A program made the position numbers and the translations under genes. The notes under the pieces are model-generated. The model had not been told where the DNA came from, did not search any database, and was given only the letters and a program-made list of their open reading frames with translations. Below, piece after piece: positions 13,691 to 24,984 of a DNA stretch of 64,000 nucleotides (positions are counted from its first letter, which is position 1; every line of letters starts with the position of its first letter). The DNA lies in assembly GCF_006345805.1 (NCBI RefSeq), contig NC_043000.1:89094001-89158000 (forward strand), in the 5' to 3' direction. The stretch comes from Octopus sinensis (taxonomy: Eukaryota).

Positions 13691-13714
13691 TGTCGTCTAT
13701 TATTATTATTATTG

Positions 13715-13935
13715 AATGAGAGAGCAGTGCATGCCATCAAAGTGACACTGGGGTAAAATATATGAAGCCCAATATACCCATCATGACTACCCGTCTGATA
13801 AGGGTACACTAGGCACATGCATCACAACCATATGTGCACGACATGGTGATCTTATATCAAGATAAACAGCACATGACCTTGTAAGTGGGGCCCAGTTGGA
13901 ATTTTCTTCTGGTCAAGTAAACCATCCCTCTCAAA
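13715..13935 (+). mobile_element. Partial copy of an (ATT)n-tailed interspersed repeat (starts GAGAGAGCAGTGCATGCC)
   Basis: Longer copies at 14750-15295 (-) and 35530-36070 (+); 3' piece at 36410-36530. Confidence 0.7.
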
Positions 13936-14749
13936 TATCATTATTATTATTATTATTAATTATTATTTATTATTATTATTGTTATTATTGTTATTATTAT
14001 CATACAATTATTGTTATACGTAGTGATGGTTATATTTTGTCAGTTAAACGCACACACTATATGTTTGGTCTTTACTTCAGCTTTATCATTATTATTATTA
14101 TTATTATTTTGTTTCTTTGTCAAAGATTTTTCATCACACATCTTGTGATCTCTTCAGCAACTCCTTATCTCAGGTGTCTCCTCTTGTCTTCCTTTGTCCA
14201 TTTTGTCTTTCTGTGGTGTATATCCTTGTCTGTGCATGCATTTGTGTCAGCATCTATCTGTGTGTGTGTGTGTGTGTGTGTGTCTATGTTTTTTAGCATG
14301 TGTGTTTTGTGCGAGTGTATATGAGTTTGCCTACTTATATTTAAGCATACACTTGTACATCAAGAATCTTACAAAAACAAATACACATTATACAATTATT
14401 CGATTTAAACTCATCGTCCACCTCCATATCTGCAATCTTGTGCCAAAGCTAGATATCAATATTGGCAGAAGCATTAGACTGTTGGATCACATAACTTGCA
14501 CTATTTATTCTGGCTTTTTACATTCTATGTTCAGTTTTTGCCAAAATCATATTTGCCTTTCATCCTTCTGTTGTCAATGAAATTCAGTCCTATTCTAGAG
14601 CAGTCAACTGTTGGAATTGTTAGAACATTGACTGGAATGCATTATAGTATTACTTAATAATAATGATGATGATGATGATAATAATAATAATGATGATGAT
14701 AATAATAATAATAATGATGATGATGATGACAATAATAATAATAATAATG

Positions 14750-15295
14750 CCCTGATGCAGTACCAGACAGTGGCTCTCATGGCGTCTGATCTTAACTGAT
14801 TGGAAGTGTTATCATTTACATTGTTTTGTCTTGGTATAAAAGATGAGCTACAGCAAATATTCTGCTCAATACCACAGATTTGCTTGTCAGTTGTTTGACC
14901 TTAACCAGTTGAGCATGTCCCTTAGTTGCTGATGATATGTGCAAATCTGATCATGAGCAGAAGTAGTGGGGGAGCATCATAGCCGTGTGTTGAAAGGAAT
15001 TCTTAGAGATTTGGATAATTTCCCTTTGGAAACATGGGTGGTTTGTTCAGCATCCTTCAACAATCCTTATTCAGGGACCTTTTGAGTGGGATGGGCTACT
15101 CGACCTGAAGAAAATTCTAACTGGATATCACCTGCAAGGTCAGATGCTGTTTATCTTGATATATGTCACGCACATATAGTTGTGATGCATGTGCTTGGTG
15201 TACCCTTATCAGACGGGTAGTTATGATGGGTATACTGGGCTTCATATATTTTGCCCCAGTGTCACTTTGATGGCATGCACTGCTCTCTCACTCAA
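14750..15295 (-). mobile_element. (ATT)n-tailed interspersed repeat, near full-length copy
   Basis: Reverse complement aligns with 35530-36070; flanked by (AAT/GAT)n tracts. Confidence 0.72.
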
Positions 15296-15947
15296 TAATA
15301 ATAATAATAATAATAATCATAATAATAATAATAATCATAATAATAATAATAATAATATCCATTATAATAATAATAATAATAATAATAATGACGATGACAA
15401 TAATAATACTTTCTACTATAAAGCCTGGAATTTTGGGGAGAGGGCGTTAATCAATTACATCAACCCCAGTACTCAAATTATATTTTTTCTTTGACCCATG
15501 CTCAAGAATGACCAACATTGGTCATTTAATGTTACTTACTTTGCTTTTTCTTTTGTTATTGATTTTTCTATGCATTTGGTCTTACTACTATGTGGTGGCT
15601 AACCTGAGAATTCCTTGAGGCAGTGTAAACTTCATTGAGATAATTTCAGTCTGATGACTAGCTGCGCTGAGGAGAGTTCATTACATAGTACTTGCATAAT
15701 GTTCTTCAGTTATTTAAGAAACATATGTAGCTTACATTTTACTTGTTCCAATCCTTTAAATTTGAGATTTTATTCACATTTTTAACAGAATTATTTGCTC
15801 AATGTGAGTTGTATAGAAACTGTATAATTTATGAAGCTAAAAGAATTATTGTTTTATCTTATCATATACAGTCTACTTTTTGTTCTCTATATTAGCTGCC
15901 TATTCTTTGAAGCTTACAGACATCTTACACTTGCATCCTTGGACTAT

Positions 15948-15982
<35 letters not shown>

Positions 15983-16907
15983 TAAAGAGGGAAGGATACA
16001 CACCACAGAAAGACATCATATAAATGCATATGCGTGTGTATGAATATTTGGGTTTGTATCCTTTTCCACTTGACAACAAGTTTTGATTTGTTTACATCCT
16101 TAATGGTTTCGTAAAGGGTGTGAAAGACTAGTAGAATAAGTACCTGACTTGAAATGAGAATTAGGATTAATTTCTTCAGCTAAACCTATTCAAGGCCTTC
16201 CCTGTAACTTAGTGATTTTGTAAAGTTTAAAACAAAATATAAAATAGAGTAAGTGCAAGACTTAAAATAAGAATTGAGGTCAATTTTTCCAACTAAATTT
16301 GGTCGGCAGAAGTACCATCATGCGTATATGTGTTTGGGAAACTGCTTGTGCCTCCTTTGAGGTAAGGAGGGAAATCCCTTCAAGACAGTGCCCCACCTTA
16401 GTTACAGTTGAATGACAGAAACAAACAGTAAAATATTGCAATCTGGCAGAATCATTAGCACACCAATCCAAATGCTTAGCAGCATTTTGTCCGTCTTTAC
16501 ATTCTAAGTTCAGATTCTGCTGAGGTCGACTTCATCTTTCATCCCTTTCGCGGGTCAATAAAATAAGCACCAGTTGGGTACTGAGGTCAATGTAATTGAC
16601 TTATAACCCCCCCCCCCCCCCCAAAAAAAAAAATTGCTAGCCTAGTACCAAAATTTGAAACCATTATTATCGTTATTTTCATCTGCCCCATTCCACCAAT
16701 GTTGGGATTTAATATTGAATTTTTCTCTTTCATTTTTGCCAGACCGATGAAGGCATTTATCATTCTGAGCTATTAGTCATATTAACTTATACCCTTCCCC
16801 CATAATTGCTAGCCGAGTACCAAAATTTGAAACTATTATTATTGCTATTTTCATCTGCCCCATTCCACCAATGTTGTGGTAATTTTTCTCTCTTTCGTTT
16901 TTGCCAG

Positions 16908-17141
16908 ACCGATGAAGGCATTTACCATTCTGAGCTATTAGTCATATCAGCATTACTCACTTATCTACGAAACTCCTATGAAGCATTGGAAAATGATACA
17001 CTTACCAGGAGTGAATTTCAATATGTCTTAACTAATTTCTTCAGTGTGAGTCCTCCTGAAATTGTGTCAGAATTTATTGAAGCTGCTAGTAAAGAACTGC
17101 AATGCCAAGATAACTTCTCGTATGAGCAGTTATTCACTGAG
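16908..17141 (+). CDS. TSNAXIP1: TSNAXIP1-like internal exon: TDEGIYHSELLVISALLTYL...QCQDNFSYEQLFTE
   Basis: ttttgccAG acceptor, GTAAG donor at 17142, 234 nt, phase 0/0. Matches the EF-hand-like region ending Y..LF.E of TSNAXIP1. Confidence 0.82.
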
Positions 17142-17338
17142 GTAAGATTTAGTTTTTCTCTTTCATTTTGAAGGTGAAGGTGTGGCAGTGTAGTTGAATT
17201 GGTTGCTTCCCTACCACATGGTATCAAGTTTCATTCCCCGCTGTATAACGCCAGAGACAAGTGTCTTCTAGTATAACCCTAGGCCGACCAAAGCCTTGTA
17301 AGTGGACCTGATTGACATAAACTGAACGAAGTCTGTTG

Positions 17339-17700
17339 TCATCATCATTTTCATCATTTAATGTCCTCCTTCCATGCTGGCGTGGGTTGGATGATTTGAC
17401 AGGAGTTGGCCAGACAGAAGTCTGTACAATACTTCTGTGTCTGTTTTGGCATGGTTTTAACGGCTGGAAGCCCTTCCTAACACCAACTACTCTGCAGAGT
17501 GGGGTGTGTGCTGTTTACATAGCACCAGCACAGGTGAGGTCCGTTTTGGCATGGCTTTTACTATTGGATGCCCTTGCAAATGCCAACCACTTTACAATGT
17601 GGACTGGATGCTATTCAAGTAGCACCAGCACTGGCAGAGTCACCAAGTAACTTTGCCGGACAAGAATCATTGAGAGGAGAGGGGGGATTGGAGGAGATGA
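17339..17700 (-). mobile_element. Old 5'-truncated RTE 3'UTR copy or RTE-tail SINE
   Basis: Reverse complement of the CCAACCCATGCTAGCATGGAA...GATGATGA tail seen at 31920-31973. Confidence 0.65.
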
Positions 17701-17713
17701 TCTTGTGTTGTAT

Positions 17714-17743
17714 ATAAATAAATAAATATATATATATAATATA

Positions 17744-17774
<31 letters not shown>

Positions 17775-19015
17775 TATATATATAAATAAATAATAAATAT
17801 ATATATATAAATAATAAATATATATATATAAATAAATAAATAAATATATATAATAAATAAATAAATATAATAAATAAATAAATAAATTATATATAAATAA
17901 ATAAATAAATATAATATATAATATATAAATAAATATATATATATAAATAAATAAATAAATATATATATATAAATAAATAAATATTATATATAAATAAATA
18001 TATATATAAATAAATAAATATATATATATAAATAAATATATATATAAATAAATAAATATATATATAAATAAATAAATATATATATAAATAAATAAATATA
18101 TATATAATAAATAAATAAATATATATATAAATAAATAAATATATATAAATAAATAAATATATATAAATAAATAAATATATAATATAAATAATAATATATA
18201 TAAATATATATATATATAATAAATAAATAATATAATATATATAAATAAATAAATATATATATAAATAAATAAATATATATATGGCGGTGCCCCAGCATGG
18301 CCACAGCTCGTGAGCTGAAACTAGATAAAATAAATAAAATAGATAAAAAAAATATAAATAAATATATATATATAAATAAATAAATATATATATATAAATA
18401 AATAATAAATATATATATAAATAAATATAATATATATATATAAATAAATATATATATATATATAATAAATAAATATATATATATAAATAATAATATATTA
18501 TATATAAATAAATAAATATATATATATAAATAAATAAATATATATATTAATAAATAAATATATATATATAAATAAATAAATATATATATATATAAATAAA
18601 TAAATATATATATAAATAAATAAATATATATATATAAATAAATAAATTATATATATAAATAAATAAATAATATATATATATAAATAAATAAATATATATA
18701 AATAAATAAATAAATATATATATATAAATAAATAAATAATAATATATATAATAAATAATATATATATAATAAATAATAAATATATATAATATAAATAATA
18801 ATATATATATATAAATAAATATATATATATAAATAAAATATATTATATATATAAATAATATATATATATATATAAAATAAATATATATATATATAAATAC
18901 ATATATATATATATAAATAAACATATATATATATATAAATAAACATATATATATATATATATAATAAATAAATATATATATATATAAATAAATAATATAT
19001 ATATATATATATATA
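17714..19015. repeat. Long almost G/C-free (TATA/TAAA)n tract with an embedded retroposon tail at ~18282-18330
   Basis: Direct reading; embedded ATGGCGGTGCCCCAGCATGGCCACAGCTCGTGAGCTGAAACTAGA, with a reverse-complement copy near 7665-7712. Confidence 0.95.
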
Positions 19016-19230
19016 ATGTGAAATAGAAAGATGAATAATCTTGTAGTAGATTAATCAAAAGTTTAACCGATACCTTAGTAGCAAAAATCACAGCAGTAAA
19101 CAGCACGGTTGGAGGTACAACCATCTGGCGTTGCAACCGTGCGTTGGTGCGGATAATTGAAATTAAAACATTATTGGTGAATTGAAGAAATGGAGCTGAA
19201 CGCAGATTGAACAGAAATCGTTTTATTTCA

Positions 19231-19310
19231 TTCTACACGTGTTTCGAAAGGCACAAATTACCAAAATCCGATTGAATAATGGGACCATATTGTGTCTTTC
19301 TCTTCAGGAA
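19231..19310 (-). ncRNA. Mirror copy of the minimal hammerhead ribozyme
   Basis: Reverse complement of 20620-20699. Confidence 0.72.
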
Positions 19311-20619
19311 GAAAAAGGAAATCCGCTGGAAAAACAAAAACAGAACAGAGGCTGAGCAAAAACAAATCGAACTATGCTCCTAAGAGCCCATGGCGAAACT
19401 GTTTATCAGTGTATGTTGAGAACCGGTGGCTGAAGAATTCAACGGGTCAGGCATCGGTCAATCATGTGGGTGAGGGTGTATAGATGTTCTTTGTGACCGA
19501 GCATAAAGTTCTGACTATTTAAGGAATATTGGATGTTTTATAAGGGGCGAGAAAAAATCTACTTAGAGACGTGTGTGTGTGTATACTGTTCTATATATGT
19601 GTGTGTTGGCGTAGGGGTAGAAAACATTTTTTGTGTACGTGTGTGCGTTTGATCGTTCGGCTGTCAGTGGCTACTGCCGTGATAACCGTTGGGTGGCAGA
19701 AAGAAAAAAATATATATATATTATGTTTTATGTGTGTGTGTGTTCATCTAAGCCTGCCTTGTCAAGGAAACCCCCCGCTGTGAAAAAACCAAGCCCCGTT
19801 TGTCTTACAGGAGTAATTCCCCTTGCAGTGGTTAATCGTAGATATCTTAAAGGCTATTTCAGAATTTGTTACCAAGGGCTATGGGTGCCGGTATTATTTA
19901 TAAACGCTATTTAAAAGCCAGATAAGTGTAACGCCGCCAATGGGGGCATCGAAAAGCCGACTGTAAGAGCCCGTTTCGATGCCCCCATTGGCGGCGTTAC
20001 ACTTATCTGGCTTTTAAATAGCGTTTATAAATAATACCGGCACCCATAGCCCTTGGTAACAAATTCTGAAATAGCCTTTAAGATATCTACGATTAACCAC
20101 TGCAAGGGGAATTACTCCTGTAAGACAAACGGGGCTTGGTTTTTTCACAGCGGGGGGTTTCCTTGACAAGGCAGGCTTAGATGAACACACACACACATAA
20201 AACATAATATATATATATTTTTTTTCTTTCTGCCACCCAACGGTTATCACGGCAGTAGCCACTGACAGCCGAACGATCAAACGCACACACGTACACAAAA
20301 AATGTTTTCTACCCCTACGCCAACACACACATATATAGAACAGTATACACACACACACGTCTCTAAGTAGATTTTTTCTCGCCCCTTATAAAACATCCAA
20401 TATTCCTTAAATAGTCAGAACTTTATGCTCGGTCACAAAGAACATCTATACACCCTCACCCACATGATTGACCGATGCCTGACCCGTTGAATTTTTCAGC
20501 CACCGGTTCTCAACATACACTGATAAACAGTTTCGCCATGGGCTCTTAGGAGCATAGTTCGATTTGTTTTTGCTCAGCCTCTGTTCTGTTTTTGTTTTTC
20601 CAGCGGATTTCCTTTTTTC

Positions 20620-20699
20620 TTCCTGAAGAGAAAGACACAATATGGTCCCATTATTCAATCGGATTTTGGTAATTTGTGCCTTTCGAAACACGTGTAGAA
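20620..20699 (+). ncRNA. Minimal type I hammerhead ribozyme (Penelope-type, palindromic stem III loop)
   Basis: UUC-CUGAAGA-GAAAGACACAA...UUGUGCCUUUC-GAAA-C(ACGU)G-U-A-GAA: intact core, 11-bp stem II with one mismatch, predicted cleavage after GUA at 20696. Confidence 0.75.
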
Positions 20700-20763
20700 T
20701 GAAATAAAACGATTTCTGTTCAATCTGCGTTCAGCTCCATTTCTTCAATTCACCAATAATGTT

Positions 20764-20792
20764 ATATATACATATATATATATATATAATAA

Positions 20793-20845
<53 letters not shown>

Positions 20846-20851
20846 ATATAT

Positions 20852-20940
<89 letters not shown>

Positions 20941-21268
20941 TATATATAATATATATATAAATAAATTATATATATATATATAATAAATATATATATATAT
21001 AAATAAATATAAATATATATATATATAATAATAAATATATATATATATATATATAATAAATATATATATAAATAATATATATATATATATATAAATAAAT
21101 ATATATATATAAATAAATATATATATATAAATAAATATATATATATAAATAAATATATATATATATATAAATAATATATATATATATATATAAATAAATA
21201 TATATATATATATAATAAATATATATATATATATATAAATAAATATATATATATATATATATTTATAT
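20764..21268. repeat. (TA)n / TAAA microsatellite tract
   Basis: Direct reading. Confidence 0.95.
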
Positions 21269-21614
21269 ATTAATTGTTATCGCCATATTAATATGGTATT
21301 CTTATAGATATAAGAATAATCGCTGTCGCTGGTCAGCTCCATGAGGCCACCGCCTTAAGATAGCTATTGATACACGATCTGTATCCATTATAACCTTCGA
21401 ACAAGGGAGGTCTGCCGTTTCACACTTCGAAGGTTATAATGGATACAGATCGTGTATCAATAGCTATCTTAAGGCGGTGGCCTCATGGAGCTGACCAGTG
21501 GCAGCGATTATTCTTATATCTATAAGAATACCATATTAATATGGCGATAACAATTAATTTCCAGTAAACGCTGTCGTAATCTCTCTTATAGAGACTTAGT
21601 AATTTTAATATTTC

Positions 21615-21618
<4 letters not shown>
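21269..21618. mobile_element. Fold-back insertion, 133-bp arms (21269-21401 / 21426-21558), between two (TA)n tracts
   Basis: Reverse complement arms with 2 mismatches by eye and a 24-nt spacer. Confidence 0.8.
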
Positions 21619-21654
<36 letters not shown>

Positions 21655-21989
21655 TCCTTATTGTGTGTGTGTATGTTTGTGTATCCCTTTGTCTTTTTGT
21701 CTTGACATCATATGATAATTGTAAATGAGTATCCCTGTCATACAGGTGGTGTTCATTTCCAATCTTCCATGTGGAACATGTCTGACCAAAGAGATATATT
21801 CACTTACTTAGAAACAAGTGCAGGCTGGCAACAGGAAGGGCATCCAGCCTTAGAAAATCAACCTCAGCAAATTGTGTCTGACCCATGTAAATGATATTAA
21901 ATGATGATGAGGATAACAATGTACATTACTGCAAATGAGAGCATCATCTTGCCCAGCATCTATATTATTATTTTCCCTTTTTTTTCTTT

Positions 21990-23795
21990 GTCAATGAAGT
22001 GAAAGAAATAAAGTATATTATTTTTATGCATTTATTTGCATTAAATTACACTGGTCTACAAGGTTTTTGGTGTTCAGTCTCCTGAATCCAAATATAACCT
22101 TTTTGAGCCATCAGATCTAGTTTTTAAGTTATTGAGCTGTATAATCACATGGAGGACTGCTATTTTTGTAACCTGAATTTGAAGGGTATTAACCAGAAAA
22201 ATCGACAAACACTTGTCTGTCCTCAACTTGCCTCTGCTATTAGACTGGTTCCACATCGTGAAGAGCTTCCTGTTCTTGTCTTCAATGTCTTGCCTCAGAT
22301 AGCTTCACCCTCAACTAAAGAAGATTTATTACCTGAAGATGACACTAGAGATCAAGACTTTCCAGTTGAGATTTAACCCCAGCTACTCTCCCAGATAGAG
22401 TTGAATGATCTAGTTCATAACTTGAACCTCCCCAAAAATTCTGCAGAACTTTTGCCTTCCCAACTGAAAGAGAAGAATCTTCTAGAAAATGTTGTCCGTA
22501 TAACCTTTTATCAGAGTCAGCATGAAGAGTTCCTTTCTTTCTTCACAAAAGAGGAAGAGGTGGTTTACTGTAGAGATGTTAGTGGGCTTCTTAATAAACT
22601 TGGTGTTGAGGAATTCAAACCAGAGGAATGGCATCTTTTCATAGCTCTAAATGTAGTTTAAAATGTGTATTGTTGCATGGCTCTGTCCTACTCAGCCACT
22701 CAACAACCCTGAAGGAAAAATGCAAAGAAATTAAGTTGGTTTTAGAGAAGATACTGTGTCATGATTATAAATGGGTAATCTGCATTGACTTTAAGATGGT
22801 GAATTTTCTCATGGGTCAGCAATCTGGTTATACTAAATACCCATGCTTTCTTGGCATGTGGGACTGTAGAGACCAAGTAAACCACTATGTTAAGAAAGAC
22901 TGGACACTTCAAACAAATATGATTCCATACAGAGCTGCCAATATACTGGAAGAACCTTTAGTTGATCATTTCCCCTGTTTTGCACATCAAACTTGGATTG
23001 ATCAAGCAATTTGTCAAATCTCTTGACTTAAATGGGGAGTGCTTCAAATATATCTGCAGTGTATTTCCAGACTTGATCATTGAAAAAATTAAATCAGGGA
23101 TTTTTGATGGACCACAGATCCGTAAGCTCTTGAAGGACAGAAATTTCATGAAAACGATGAGCGAAAATGAATCATCAGCTTGGCTAGCCTTTGCAGAAGT
23201 AGTGCAAAATTTCCTTGAGAAACACAAAAGTGAAAACTATAAACACCTTGTTACGAACTTGATATGAATTTTTGTTGATATTGGCACAAATATGAGCATC
23301 AAAATGCTTCATATTTTTAATCATCTTGATCATTTTTCTGAAAATCTTGGAGGTGTTAGCAATGAAGAAGGTGAACAGTTCCATCAGGACATCAAGGAGA
23401 TGGAAACTTGGGACCAAGGACATTGGGACACTGTGATGATGGCAGACTATTGCTGGTGTTTAAAACGAGATACTCCTGTTGCTCAACATTCACATTGCAC
23501 AAAGAAGTGTAAATTTATTCCTTGAATTTTCTGCCAAAAATCTTTGCCAGTATGCATTTTCAATTTTGAATTCGTATTTGTGCTTTGTCTTGTTTTGTGT
23601 TATGCTCTCTTTATTGATTCATGTTATATACCTCTTGTATGAATAAAATACTTATTCTGTCAGGTCTAGCCAGAAAATGAGACCTGATAGAGAAAAACTG
23701 AAGTTATTTTTTACTTTAGCAGGCAATATCACTTAAGAATTCATTGAAATATTCCAGGCACCAGACAAAAAAAAAAAAAAATTTGTTGCCCAGTG
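21990..23795 (+). mobile_element. Degenerate Chapaev3-like (CMC, RAG1/Transib-related) DNA transposon, copy A
   Basis: Frameshifted ORFs 22149-23525 with DCYFC, EWHLFI, CIDFKMV...KYPCFLGMWD, LHIKLGLIKQFVKSLD and GGVSNEEGEQFHQDI...MMADYCW. 3' end TTTGTTGCCCAGTG at 23782-23795. 5' end uncertain. Confidence 0.75.
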
Positions 23796-24059
23796 TTTTC
23801 TTTCCCTTTAACTAATCATAGAATCCTTAACAAAGCTGTTGTTTCAATCTAGTTGGATCTCTTCAGTACAACACAGTCAGAAATCAAGGGTCTATTAAAC
23901 TTTAAATTATATTAAATTAATTTATTAATTTACAGGAGATTAAGGTGGCAACCTGGCAAAATCATTAGCAAGTTAGGCAAAATGCTTAATAGTATTTCGT
24001 ACATCTTTACATTCTGAGTTCAAATTCTGCCAAAGCTGACTTTGCCTTTCATCCTTCAA

Positions 24060-24880
24060 AAGAGCCTTAAGGAAGACCAGACAGGAAATCTTTGAAGATA
24101 CAAATATGACAAAGTTTTTGCAGGTGTATAGAATAACACCGAATCCAAATGCAGAGTCGGGTAGGTCAGCCACAGATTTGATGTTTTCCAGAAAAATTTG
24201 TTCTATTTTTGACAAATGGTTGCCGAGCAGGAAACTGGAAATAGAAAATTTAGGAAGAAAAACGAAATTTTTTAACACAGGTGACAAAGTGTATTTTAAA
24301 ATATATAGTAATGGAAAACAGGACTGGGAACAAGGAAGTATAACTGGACGTCTGGGTAACGTGATGTACATGGTAAAAGGACCAAAATATGAACACAGAA
24401 GGCATTTAAACCAATAAAAAAGAAGATATACCAAAAACCAAGAGAAGCGAGAACCAATGGATTTATGGTATGATTTTTTTCGAGGTCCCAGAACCACAAG
24501 CAAGTGTTCGAGGTCCCAGAACCACAAGCAAAAACAGAACCGACACGTAGGTCAAACAGGAAGAGAAAACCTACAGAAATTATGGAAATTAACGCTAAGA
24601 GAAAAAGATATGCCAGTTTCTCACCGAGGAAATAAAATTGATAAATTCGGGTTTAAAAAACTCAAAAGGAGGAGGTGTTGTGTGGACGCTCCCAGACGAT
24701 GAAGTAGGCTAGCCCAATACATAGATATAGAGGGAGAAGTCTAGAAGTCAAGGAGAAGAGTGGAGTAGAGGTCATCCGAACGTGTGACATAGCAAAAACC
24801 AATGTACAGATTTACAGAATGAGAAGAGATAGGGGAGGGGAGGTATGTAATGAAAGCATTTCTTCAGATGGAAGTCATTA
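24060..24880 (+). mobile_element. Ty3/gypsy LTR retrotransposon 3' fragment: integrase C-terminus, polypurine tract and start of 3' LTR
   Basis: ORF 24106-24417 (FLQVYRITPNP...SATDLMF...GDKVY...W..G.I...LG...RRHLNQ). AAAAGGAGGAGG at 24664-24675 is directly followed by TG. Confidence 0.75.
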
Positions 24881-24984
24881 TCTGCATTTTGTCTTGTTGC
24901 TAAATAATTCTGAAAAAAAAACAAAAAACTGTGTGACAGACATTGAACAATTAGGATTTCAACTAATGTTGGGTCACCTCAACC

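Larger units (their letters stand above)
19017..20763. mobile_element. Fold-back element with ~788-bp inverted arms (19167-19954 / 19974-20763), Penelope-like features
   Basis: Near-perfect reverse complement arms, 19-nt spacer, flanked by (TA)n tracts on both sides, carries hammerhead motifs. Confidence 0.85.

Noticed and set aside
19292-20691. Pairs of identical ORFs on opposite strands
   Set aside because: By-product of the palindrome; no protein homology recognised.
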